Below are positions 27,501 through 34,231 of a DNA stretch of 56,764 bases, piece after piece (within the stretch, counting starts at the first letter, position 1; the number at the start of each line of letters is the position of its first letter). The DNA is taken from positions 1 through 56,764 of the forward strand of contig CADBPE010000013.1 in NCBI GenBank assembly GCA_902796475.1. Direction: 5' to 3'. This DNA is from an uncultured Ruminococcus sp. GTDB taxonomy: Bacteria; Bacillota; Clostridia; Oscillospirales; Acutalibacteraceae. Both the position numbers and the translations under genes were made by a program. The notes under the pieces were generated by a model. That model saw only the letters and a list, made by a program, of their open reading frames with translations. It searched no databases and was not told the DNA's origin.

Positions 27501-27707
27501 AATCGTCCTTACAGAAAGCGCATGAACTTTGAAAAGGCGGTTTCGATAATCAAGGAGGTTTCCGGCACCCAGCTTACTCCGGATGTAGTAGATGCTTTTC
27601 TGCGTCTGGTAGACAAAGGCGAATTCAGAGCGCCTGATGACGACGGCGGCGGAACGACCGAGAATATCGAAAACATCAGATCAGGCGCATCGGAGCCGAA
27701 GCCCTAA
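24597..27707 (+). CDS. Membrane sensor: beta-propeller repeats plus Y_Y_Y-like domain, TM helix, HD-GYP phosphodiesterase domain
   Basis: N-terminal signal/TM, then about 750 aa of propeller-type repeats. TM helix (LWFYIITGLIIIIIMIVGV). C-terminal HD domain with HDIGK and HHERPDGKGYP motifs. Confidence 0.8.
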   Translation: MKILNKPDSLKKSMLRAVISLAAAALFLVYGSGMMMCPAAWAETNAVEEDLFDPVGEDEGYSATLYDNTNGLPTSEVNAIAQDVEGFIWIGSYGGLVRYDGSSFTQVGITEGVTGVRCLHVDSKDRLWLGTTDNGAAFMEKEKFHFFDELRSITVYSICEDSSGMVYLATQEGIFMYDTNSDEEKSVRLDDSRITIIYTEELKLGADGCVYGLTADNDIFSLRDGKVFNFVKREDTGIENISCMMPDSLESGKIYIGTHEGVVAHGSLAKGFTADTLVNISPLVNLIRIDYVVDNVWLCASNGVGVLTEDKVKVPKHFPLDASVGHVMKDYQDNLWFTSDRQGVMKIVKNRFTDIYKHFDMPKKVVNATCMLDDKLFVATDSGLTVIGENGPEEKLLMDKKIRIHDKNEETDDLIKLLTDCRIRCIMRDSRDRLWFSTWCSYGLICYDKGKVTVYDEKSGLISDRLRGLCETSDGSVLVSLTGGVCVIKDGAVQKSFSTENGLKNCDMLTVAEGSDGEILLGSNGYGIYVIDRDGSVRNVGLEDGLMSKTIMRIKKDRKRDLYWIVSSNSLAYMTPDFKVKTIDRFPYSNNFDIYQNSSDEMWVLSSAGVFADSTERILGNSDINPIFYGISNGMPYISTANSYSFLTDDGELFIAGNKGVIRANIESIFQRDTDLKAVVPYIDADGERIFPDEKGVFRVTSRVKKLTIYSYVLNYSLSTLRVSYHLEGFEDTETTVERNALSPIDYTNLHGGEYTFVMNIKSPDSIINKTMNVKIVKERAFYEQLWFYIITGLIIIIIMIVGVRFYINAKLRMLEKKEKESMILVHEITEAFAKVIDMKDAYTNGHSTRVARYTAMLAKELGYDDETIEKYYHIALLHDIGKVGVPSEVLNKPGKLTDEEFEIVKSHASLGYGALEGISIMPELSLGAQSHHERPDGKGYPNHLKGNEIPRVAQIIAVADCFDAMYSNRPYRKRMNFEKAVSIIKEVSGTQLTPDVVDAFLRLVDKGEFRAPDDDGGGTTENIENIRSGASEPKP

Positions 27708-27965
27708 GCCCGCGCCGCAGAGCCTGCGGCGGCAAGCTGCCGCTCCCGATTTCGCCGGCGCAGAGCCTGCGGCGGCAAGCTGCCGCTCCCGATTTCGCGT
27801 TCACAGATAAACAAGCGAAAAGTAATCACCCGCGCCAAAAAATATCATCCCAAAACTCAAACACAAAAGTTTCGCTGCAAGCCTTTTCAAAGGCTTGGCG
27901 CAGAGCCTGCGCACCCGATTTCGCGTTCATAGATAAACAAGCGGAAATGTAATTGCCCGCGGCTG
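27708..27965. repeat. Type-B modular repeat array, copy B2
   Basis: 43-bp tandem duplication (27714-27756 / 27757-27799) of GCAGAGCCTGCGGCGGCAAGCTGCCGCTCCCGATTTCGC. CCCGATTTCGCGTTCAnAGATAAACAAGCG occurs twice, 125 bp apart. Confidence 0.85.
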
Positions 27966-27973
27966 GAATATAG

Positions 27974-28369
27974 TTAAAGCAGATCGGTCAGCTTTTTGGA
28001 GTAGAAGAAATCGTGTATTATATGGTCAAGCTCCGACCACATGGATAGAGTGTCGCACTCGGCAGCTCTTGGACATTTTTCGGCGCCCTTTTCCAGACAG
28101 GCTACTACCGCCAGCGATCCTTCTGTAACTTCGAGTATCTCTCCTACGGAATATTCCTCCGGTTCACGCGAAAGACGGTAGCCGCCGCCTTTTCCGCTGG
28201 TTCCGGTGAGCAGCTTCGCATTAACAAGATCCTTAACGATTATTTCCAGATACTTTTTGGATATATTTTCCTGCGCGGCAATATCCTTAAGCGGAACGCA
28301 GCCCTCATTGTGACGTCTTGCAAGTTCGATCATAAGTCTGAGCGCATAGCGCCCTTTTGTTGAGATCAT
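27974..28369 (-). CDS. Rrf2-family transcriptional regulator (IscR/CymR-like, three-Cys cluster ligands)
   Basis: MISTKGRYALRLMIELA N-terminus. The CLEKGAEKCPRAAEC spacing (C-x6-C-x5-C) is typical of Fe-S-binding Rrf2 proteins. Confidence 0.85.
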   Translation of the reverse strand: MISTKGRYALRLMIELARRHNEGCVPLKDIAAQENISKKYLEIIVKDLVNAKLLTGTSGKGGGYRLSREPEEYSVGEILEVTEGSLAVVACLEKGAEKCPRAAECDTLSMWSELDHIIHDFFYSKKLTDLL

Positions 28370-28411
28370 ATTGTCACTCCCTTTGATATGATAGTTGGTT
28401 TGTATTGCTCT

Positions 28412-28440
28412 ATTATAGCATAGGTAAATAGGTAAATCAA
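28412..28440 (-). promoter_or_regulatory. Promoter of the Rrf2 gene (TTGATT-N17-TATAAT)
   Basis: Minus strand: -35 at 28440-28435 and -10 at 28417-28412. The spacer contains a tandem TTTACCTA direct repeat (plus-strand TAGGTAAA x2). Confidence 0.6.
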
Positions 28441-28522
28441 CCTGTTATGATAAATTTTGCACGCAGCCGCATAAAACACAATTTTTTCAGAAAAATGCTC
28501 TGTAAAATTCAGCAGTTTTAGG

Positions 28523-28579
28523 AAAGGGGTTTCCCCAGAGTAATCTGCAAATCAAAATGGATTCGAAAAATTGATTTCC
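28523..28579 (+). repeat. Type-A element, copy A3 (half hairpin plus box)
   Basis: AAAGGGGTTTCCCCAGAGTAATCTGCAAATCAAAATGGATTCGAAAAATTGATTTCC. Confidence 0.75.
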
Positions 28580-28600
28580 CGGCAAGCGCTTACTGAAATA

Positions 28601-28629
28601 TTGACAAAGTGCGGTTAAAGGTGTATAAT
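28601..28629 (+). promoter_or_regulatory. Consensus promoter of the tetR-PPTase operon (TTGACA-N17-TATAAT)
   Basis: Perfect -35 (28601-28606) and -10 (28624-28629). The Type-A box starts 30 nt upstream, at 28571. Confidence 0.7.
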
Positions 28630-28638
28630 AAAATCATA

Positions 28639-28657
28639 GTGATAGTTGGACTATCAC
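28639..28657 (+). promoter_or_regulatory. Candidate TetR operator (GTGATAGT-TGG-ACTATCAC)
   Basis: Perfect 8-bp inverted repeat with a 3-bp spacer, 10 nt downstream of the -10 box and upstream of the tetR start. Confidence 0.55.
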
Positions 28658-28682
28658 ATTCACTGCTTTCGGGAGGTGCGAT

Positions 28683-29345
28683 ATGAGAAACGCTTTTCAG
28701 GACGAGATCGAGATGGAGGAGCGCAGGGAAAAGCTTTTGGAAACGGGTTTCAGGCTGTTTTCGAGGTCTTCCATAGAATCGGTAAAGCTCACCGAAATAG
28801 CTGAGGAAAGCGGGATAGGCATAGCTACTCTTTACCGCTATTTCGAGAATAAAAGTACATTGGTGATAGAAATAGGCATAAAGGTCTGGAGAGGCTACTT
28901 TGAAGAGGTATACAGAATGTATGACGAGATGAACGGCGATGATATGAGCGGCGAGGAGGAACTTTCGTTTTTTCTGGACTGCTTTATAGATCTTTACCGA
29001 AATCATAAGGATATCCTGCGATTCAACCGCAATTTTGATACTTATGTCAAGCATTCACGCTGCACTGCTGAACAGATGCGCCCGTTCAATGATGCTATGG
29101 GGATCTTTGTGCAAAAGTTCCATACGGTCATTTCCAAGTCGCAGAATGACGGTACTCTGAATATTACCGAGCCGGAGGAAAAAATGTTTATAAATCTGCT
29201 GTACATCATGCTGTCTGTTACGGAGATGTATACTGACGGGCTTGTATATCCCGTGATCGAGCAGCGCGACATGACCGCAGAGCTTTTCGAGCTTAAAGAA
29301 ATGATAATGAAGAACTACAAATCAACTCACGGAACCGGAAAATGA
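28683..29345 (+). CDS. TetR/AcrR-family transcriptional regulator
   Basis: N-terminal HTH (SIESVKLTEIAEESGIGIATLYRYFENK) and an all-helical C-terminal domain. Confidence 0.85.
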   Translation: MRNAFQDEIEMEERREKLLETGFRLFSRSSIESVKLTEIAEESGIGIATLYRYFENKSTLVIEIGIKVWRGYFEEVYRMYDEMNGDDMSGEEELSFFLDCFIDLYRNHKDILRFNRNFDTYVKHSRCTAEQMRPFNDAMGIFVQKFHTVISKSQNDGTLNITEPEEKMFINLLYIMLSVTEMYTDGLVYPVIEQRDMTAELFELKEMIMKNYKSTHGTGK

Positions 29346-29357
29346 AGGGGTGAGAAA

Positions 29358-29987
29358 ATGCTGTATATTTTAGAAAAGACCGACCTGCTTGGAGCAGGAT
29401 TTGAAAAAGCTGCCGTTCCTTTTCTCAGCCGTCAGCGTCTGGAGAAAATATCGGCGCTCAGATCGCCGCATGACAGGACAGACGGGTGCGCTGTGTATCT
29501 TCTGCTCAGGCTGGGACTTTTCAGGGAGTACGGCGTTTCGGACGCTCCTGAATTTATCTTCGGAGAACACGGAAAGCCTTATCTTAAGGGCAGCAGCATC
29601 TGTTTTAATATGAGTCACGCAAAAAACGCCGTGTGCTGTATTGTATCATCATGTGAAAATGCCGTTGACATCACCGATATCCGTGAAGTGAAGAACAATG
29701 TTATGCGCCGCGTGTGTGATGATGACGAGCTGCGTCTTATAGAAGCATCGGAGGATAAAAACCGGACTTTTCTGAAAATGTGGACAAGAAAGGAATGCCT
29801 TTCCAAGCTTTCGGGAAAAGGAATGTCCGAGAGTTTCCGGCGCTTGACGGATAAAATTCCGGAGTCGCGGCAGCTCAGGACAATAGAATGTGATGACTAC
29901 ATACTTTCCTACTGGTCGCAGACAGAGGAAACGATAAATTATATAAAAGAAAAAGAACTGCTTGACAGCATGAAAGCGCTGGTGTGA
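29358..29987 (+). CDS. Sfp-type 4'-phosphopantetheinyl transferase
   Basis: GKPY, FNMSHA and WTRKECLSK motifs. The metal-site region reads AVDITDI rather than the usual G(I/V)D(I/V)E. Confidence 0.75.
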   Translation: MLYILEKTDLLGAGFEKAAVPFLSRQRLEKISALRSPHDRTDGCAVYLLLRLGLFREYGVSDAPEFIFGEHGKPYLKGSSICFNMSHAKNAVCCIVSSCENAVDITDIREVKNNVMRRVCDDDELRLIEASEDKNRTFLKMWTRKECLSKLSGKGMSESFRRLTDKIPESRQLRTIECDDYILSYWSQTEETINYIKEKELLDSMKALV

Positions 29988-30226
29988 TCCGTCCTTGGCG
30001 ATGGCCGTGAACCGGCGCTTTTTCTGCTGCGTTCAGAAACGCAAAGGCTTAGTTCAATGCGGCAGGCTGACGCTCTCGATTTCTCTTTGATAGTTTACCC
30101 GCAAAGAAAGGTGCGCACAGCGATTCTTCCAAGTGCAAACCGTTAAGCTTTGGCGGCTTTTGTACGGAAAGAACGCCTGATTTGATAAAAAATATCAAAT
30201 TCGTTTCGAAATAATGCCATAAGGGT

Positions 30227-30255
30227 TTGAATTTTTCGCGAAATAGGTATATAAT
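30227..30255 (+). promoter_or_regulatory. Promoter of the COG0523 GTPase pair (TTGAAT-N17-TATAAT)
   Basis: -35 at 30227-30232 and -10 at 30250-30255. The spacer holds the palindrome TTTCGCGAAA, and AAATTCGTTTCGAAAT lies just upstream. Confidence 0.55.
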
Positions 30256-30329
30256 ATTGTGCAGACCCCCACAGCGACTGAGAGCTTCGGGAGAACAATG
30301 CTATGAAAAAGAAAAGGAGAGATGTCGTT

Positions 30330-31397
30330 ATGACAAAGATCGATATTTTTTCCGGATTTTTAGGCGCCGGAAAAACCACCCTTATAAAGAAACTTATCAA
30401 GGACGGCTATCAGGGTGAACAGCTTGTCCTTATTGAGAACGAATTCGGAGAGATCGGCATTGACGGCGGGTTTCTCAAGGAAGCAGGCATACAGATCAAC
30501 GAGATGAATTCCGGCTGCATCTGCTGCTCATTGGTAGGCGACTTCCGCCAGGCTCTTAATAAGGTGCTTGAAGAGTACCATCCTGACAGGATAATTATTG
30601 AGCCTTCGGGCGTTGGCAAGCTTTCCGACGTTATCAATGCCGTAAAGACCGTTGCAAATGAAGATGTAGTGCTCAACAGCTTCATTACCGTTGCAGACGC
30701 TACAAAGTGCAGGATCTACATGAAGAACTTCGGCGAGTTCTACAACAACCAGATCGAAAGCGCAAGCACCATTATCCTCAGCAGAACGCAGAATGTGACT
30801 GATGAAAAGCTGGAGGCTGATCTTGAGCTTCTCAGAGCGCATAACACCAAGGCGGCTATCGTTACCACACCATGGGATCAGCTTACCGGCGCTCAGATAC
30901 TTGCGGCTACCGAGGGCAAGGCTCTCCTTACGGTTGACGATGTTCATCCGGAGGACGAATGTGACGATCCCGAATGTGAGTGCCACCATCACCACCACCA
31001 TGACGAGGACGAGCATGAGCATCATCACCATCACCATGACCACGATGAGGACGAATGTGACGATCCGGAGTGCGAGTGCCACCATCATCACGACCATGAG
31101 GGACATCACCACCATCACCACCATGCGGACGAAATTTTTGTAAGCTGGGGCAAAGAGACCACAAAGAAATATACTCAGGAGCAGATCAAGGATATCCTTA
31201 ACGCTCTTTCGGACGAGGCAAAATACGGTCTTGTCCTCAGAGCAAAGGGAATTGTGCCTGCGCCTGACGGAACATGGGTACACTTTGACTTTGTGCCGGA
31301 GGAAGCCGATGTGCGCACAGGTACGGCTGACTATACGGGCAGGATCTGCGTGATAGGCTCAAAGCTCAACGAGGCGGCTCTTGCGGAGCTTTTCTGA
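30330..31397 (+). CDS. COG0523/CobW-family metallochaperone GTPase with His/Cys-rich insert
   Basis: Walker A GFLGAGKTT and a GCICCS (CxCC) motif. A roughly 60-aa HHHHHH/ECDDPECEC insert precedes a CobW_C-like tail. AAGGAGAG SD then ATG 30330. Confidence 0.85.
   Translation: MTKIDIFSGFLGAGKTTLIKKLIKDGYQGEQLVLIENEFGEIGIDGGFLKEAGIQINEMNSGCICCSLVGDFRQALNKVLEEYHPDRIIIEPSGVGKLSDVINAVKTVANEDVVLNSFITVADATKCRIYMKNFGEFYNNQIESASTIILSRTQNVTDEKLEADLELLRAHNTKAAIVTTPWDQLTGAQILAATEGKALLTVDDVHPEDECDDPECECHHHHHHDEDEHEHHHHHHDHDEDECDDPECECHHHHDHEGHHHHHHHADEIFVSWGKETTKKYTQEQIKDILNALSDEAKYGLVLRAKGIVPAPDGTWVHFDFVPEEADVRTGTADYTGRICVIGSKLNEAALAELF
30951..31091 (+). repeat. Internal 96-bp-period duplication encoding EDECDDPECECHHHH
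   Basis: GAGGACGAATGTGACGATCC(C/G)GA(A/G)TG(T/C)GAGTGCCACCATCA occurs at 30951 and again at 31047. Confidence 0.85.
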
Positions 31398-31423
31398 AAT
31401 AACAGGGAACGGAGTAGAGAAGA

Positions 31424-32374
31424 ATGAACACAATTCCCGTATATCTTTTTTTAGGCTTCCTTGACGGGGGCAAAACAAGATTCATGCACGAGAATCTTTG
31501 TGACAAGAATTTTATGAGCGGCGACAAGACCCTGGTCATCCTTTGCGAGGAGGGCGAGGAGGAGCTTGATACTTCAAAATATGTCGGCGGCAGAAACGTT
31601 ACCATCGTTACCGTGAACGACAAGGAGCAGCTCACCGAGAAGTTCTTCACCGAAGCGCTGAAAAAGTCCCGCGCAGACCGTGTAATGATAGAATATAACG
31701 GTATGTGGCTTCTCAATGATCTTGGTCAGGCTATGCCGCGCAACTGGCAGATTTATCAGATAATGATGGTTGCCGATGCGCAGACCTTTGATATGTACAA
31801 CAGCAATATGCGTCAGCTTGTTTATGATAAGGTGAACGTGACCGAGCTTGTAATTTTCAACCGTTACAGCAGCGAGATAGACAAGATGAAGCTGCACACC
31901 ATTGTCAGAGCCATAAACCGCCGCGCAAATATCATTTACGAATACAAGGACGGCACTGTTGAAAATGATGATATCGTTGATCCGCTGCCCTTTGATATCA
32001 ATGCGCCGGTCATAGAGGTAAAGGACGAGGACTTTGGTCTGCTTTATCTTGATGCAATGGACAAGCCGAAAAATTATGACGGCAAGACGATAAAGTTCAA
32101 GGCGCTGGTTGCCCGCAGCAGCAAAATGCCGCCGGACACCTTCGTTGGCGGACGCTTTGCCATGACCTGCTGTGTGGAGGATATCCGTTATGTAGGCTTC
32201 CTTTGCAGATGGAAGCAGGCGTCAACGCTTGCCAATAAAGGTTGGTACACTGTAACGGCAAAGGTAAAGGCGGTAAAGGATAAGATGTTCGGCAACGAGG
32301 TAGGACCGATGTTCTATGTTGACGAGGTCAAGCCTGCGCAAAAGCCGGCGGAGGAAACGGTGTATTTCTCATAA
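31424..32374 (+). CDS. COG0523-like GTPase (no CxCC) fused to a DUF1980/TIGR03943-like C-terminal domain
   Basis: GFLDGGKT P-loop with no CxCC motif. The C-terminal GGRFAMTCCVEDIRYVGF resembles the RF-x-TCC-x-x-D motif of YcgQ/DUF1980 proteins. Confidence 0.6.
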   Translation: MNTIPVYLFLGFLDGGKTRFMHENLCDKNFMSGDKTLVILCEEGEEELDTSKYVGGRNVTIVTVNDKEQLTEKFFTEALKKSRADRVMIEYNGMWLLNDLGQAMPRNWQIYQIMMVADAQTFDMYNSNMRQLVYDKVNVTELVIFNRYSSEIDKMKLHTIVRAINRRANIIYEYKDGTVENDDIVDPLPFDINAPVIEVKDEDFGLLYLDAMDKPKNYDGKTIKFKALVARSSKMPPDTFVGGRFAMTCCVEDIRYVGFLCRWKQASTLANKGWYTVTAKVKAVKDKMFGNEVGPMFYVDEVKPAQKPAEETVYFS

Positions 32375-32377
32375 GCA

Positions 32378-32488
32378 GCGCAGGCTCTGCGCCGGCAAGC
32401 TGCCGGTCCCAATTTACTCTTTGAGAGGTCTGAACCGCCGGCAGTGCATTTCTCTCCAAAGACTGATTCGGGAGCGCAGGCTCTGCGC
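32378..32488. repeat. Type-B palindromic sub-family, copy B4
   Basis: GCGCAGGCTCTGCGC at both ends (32378-32392 and 32474-32488). These enclose CGGCAAGCTGCCG and inverted arms TCCCAATTTACTCTTTGAGAG / CTCTCCAAAGACTGATTCGGGA. Confidence 0.75.
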
Positions 32489-32548
32489 AAATCTGTAAAT
32501 AATGACAAAAAAGCCGTATCGTCACAAAGGGCTGTGAGGATACGGCTT

Positions 32549-33247
32549 TTATACTAACTTTTTCATGCTGTCTTCGGTTTCACGGATGAGATTGTACAGG
32601 GAAGGCGCTTCGTCGGGATATTTCCTTGAAATGATGTCCGGCGAGAGCTGCAGTGATGCTCCGTTTGCAAGACCGTTGAATTCTCCGGCGGGCTTGCCGG
32701 CTGCCAGACACGATATCTTTGTTTCAACAACAGTCTGCATGGCGCTGGAAACGCCTTTGTAAAGCTCAGGCAGCACAGAGAACATTGCCTGTGGATTCTT
32801 TGTGTTGGCTGAATATATCAGTCGGATCATTTTGTAGATCGTTACCATTAAATATGAGGATACCTCGGTGGTCAGACCACGGCTGTCGGTCTGCTCCAGA
32901 AGCTCGAAGATAATGCTCATGGAATCGTTTATCAGCTTCCTGTTCTGGTCAACAAGGGCGGCGATGCGTTTCTCTTCAGCCGGACCTGCTGCCGGTGAGG
33001 ACGCTGCGGGCTTAGAGTATCCGCCGGCGCCGATGCTGCGTTCGGTCGTGCGGCCTAAAAGATAATCGCAGGATACGTCAAAATAATCTGCTATCTTGAC
33101 CATAAAGTCAAGTCCGCATTCACGAATGCCCTTCTCGTAGTGTGAAAGCAGAGCCTGCGAGATGTTCAGATCCAGAGCGACCTTTTTCTGGCTCAGCCCT
33201 CTCTCTTTTCTGAGAAGCGTGACCATTCGCGGAAATTCGTTTGCCAT
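32549..33247 (-). CDS. XRE-family HTH regulator with a C-terminal domain of unknown function
   Basis: ATG 33247 follows AGGGGGGTG. HTH segment LLRKERGLSQKKVALDLNISQALLSHYEKG. Confidence 0.8.
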   Translation of the reverse strand: MANEFPRMVTLLRKERGLSQKKVALDLNISQALLSHYEKGIRECGLDFMVKIADYFDVSCDYLLGRTTERSIGAGGYSKPAASSPAAGPAEEKRIAALVDQNRKLINDSMSIIFELLEQTDSRGLTTEVSSYLMVTIYKMIRLIYSANTKNPQAMFSVLPELYKGVSSAMQTVVETKISCLAAGKPAGEFNGLANGASLQLSPDIISRKYPDEAPSLYNLIRETEDSMKKLV

Positions 33248-33522
33248 AATGCACCCCCCTTGACAACAAAAGCTTAACATTATATTATCATATAAGAAAC
33301 TGCGCCGCAGGCTTACGGACAGCCGAAAGCCTGAGTGTTCCATAATGAAAATATAAAGCAGGATCATTTATATATGCCGCACTGACTTTGCGACATAATA
33401 TAACAGATTAAACAGTATGTAAATTATAATACATTTAAAACTGTTTGTAAAGTGCGTTTTTTGTTTTTTTTAAAGTTTACTGAAGAAAAATGATATTTTA
33501 TCAGAAAAGGACAGTGATTATC

Positions 33523-34152
33523 ATGCAGACATATACAATTTATTTTATCAGGCATGGTGCGGTCGATGAAACAAATCTTGGCAGGTATATCGGCAGCACA
33601 GATGTAAAATTATCCGCAAAGGGCAGAGAGACTCTTAAACAGATAAGTGAGCAGTTCGGATATCCTTATGCTGACAGTATATATTCAAGCCCGCTTCAGA
33701 GATGTACCGAAAGCTGCGGGATAATCTACCCCGGCAGAGACTTCAAAACCGTCGGCGCCCTCAGCGAATGTGATTTCGGGGAATGGGAGGGTAAGTCGGC
33801 GGCTGAGCTTGCGGGGGAGCCGTCTTTTGCGCTGTGGCTGCAAAATTCCGACAAGACGCCTCCGCCCGGAGGAGAAAGCGGACGCGATTTTGCGGCTCGT
33901 GTCTGCCGGGGCTTTGAGAGGATAGTTGAAGAGATGTCGGCTCAGGAAACAAGGACTGCTGCGATAATCACTCACGGCGGCGTAATAATGACGATACTTT
34001 CCATGTACGGACTTCCCCAGGCGGAAAGCTACCGCTGGAGAATGGATAACGGCTACGGCTTTGCGGTGCGCATAACCCCGATGCTGTGGATGCGTGACCG
34101 TGTGATGGAGGTATTTGATACTGTCCCGTTTGCGCCTAAAGCAGAGGAATAA
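33523..34152 (+). CDS. Histidine phosphatase family protein (PGM/CobC-like)
   Basis: IYFIRHGA (RHG) motif at the N-terminus, with ITHGGV later. Confidence 0.8.
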   Translation: MQTYTIYFIRHGAVDETNLGRYIGSTDVKLSAKGRETLKQISEQFGYPYADSIYSSPLQRCTESCGIIYPGRDFKTVGALSECDFGEWEGKSAAELAGEPSFALWLQNSDKTPPPGGESGRDFAARVCRGFERIVEEMSAQETRTAAIITHGGVIMTILSMYGLPQAESYRWRMDNGYGFAVRITPMLWMRDRVMEVFDTVPFAPKAEE

Positions 34153-34231
34153 AAATTCTTTAAAAAATTTTAAATTTCCTGTAACCTTATCAGCGACTGC
34201 CGTATTATAATGTCAAAAGGAGGTCGTTATT

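Noticed and set aside
27708-27965. Possible CRISPR array, suggested by regularly spaced repeats here and at 37861-38159.
   Set aside because: The units are 43 bp and about 120-125 bp tandem duplications in which the supposed spacers are themselves repeated. There are no unique spacers, no cas genes and no leader. The same modules occur singly at other loci.
30190-30250. Zur box upstream of the COG0523 genes.
   Set aside because: Only short TTCG...CGAA palindromes are present. They do not match the Firmicute Zur consensus (TCGTAAT-N-ATTACGA type) as I remember it. They are kept only as a low-confidence operator suggestion within a finding.
30528-31283. 251-aa antisense ORF with VMVVM runs opposite the COG0523 gene.
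   Set aside because: It is the reverse complement of the His-codon runs. The sense strand has clear GTPase motifs and an SD.
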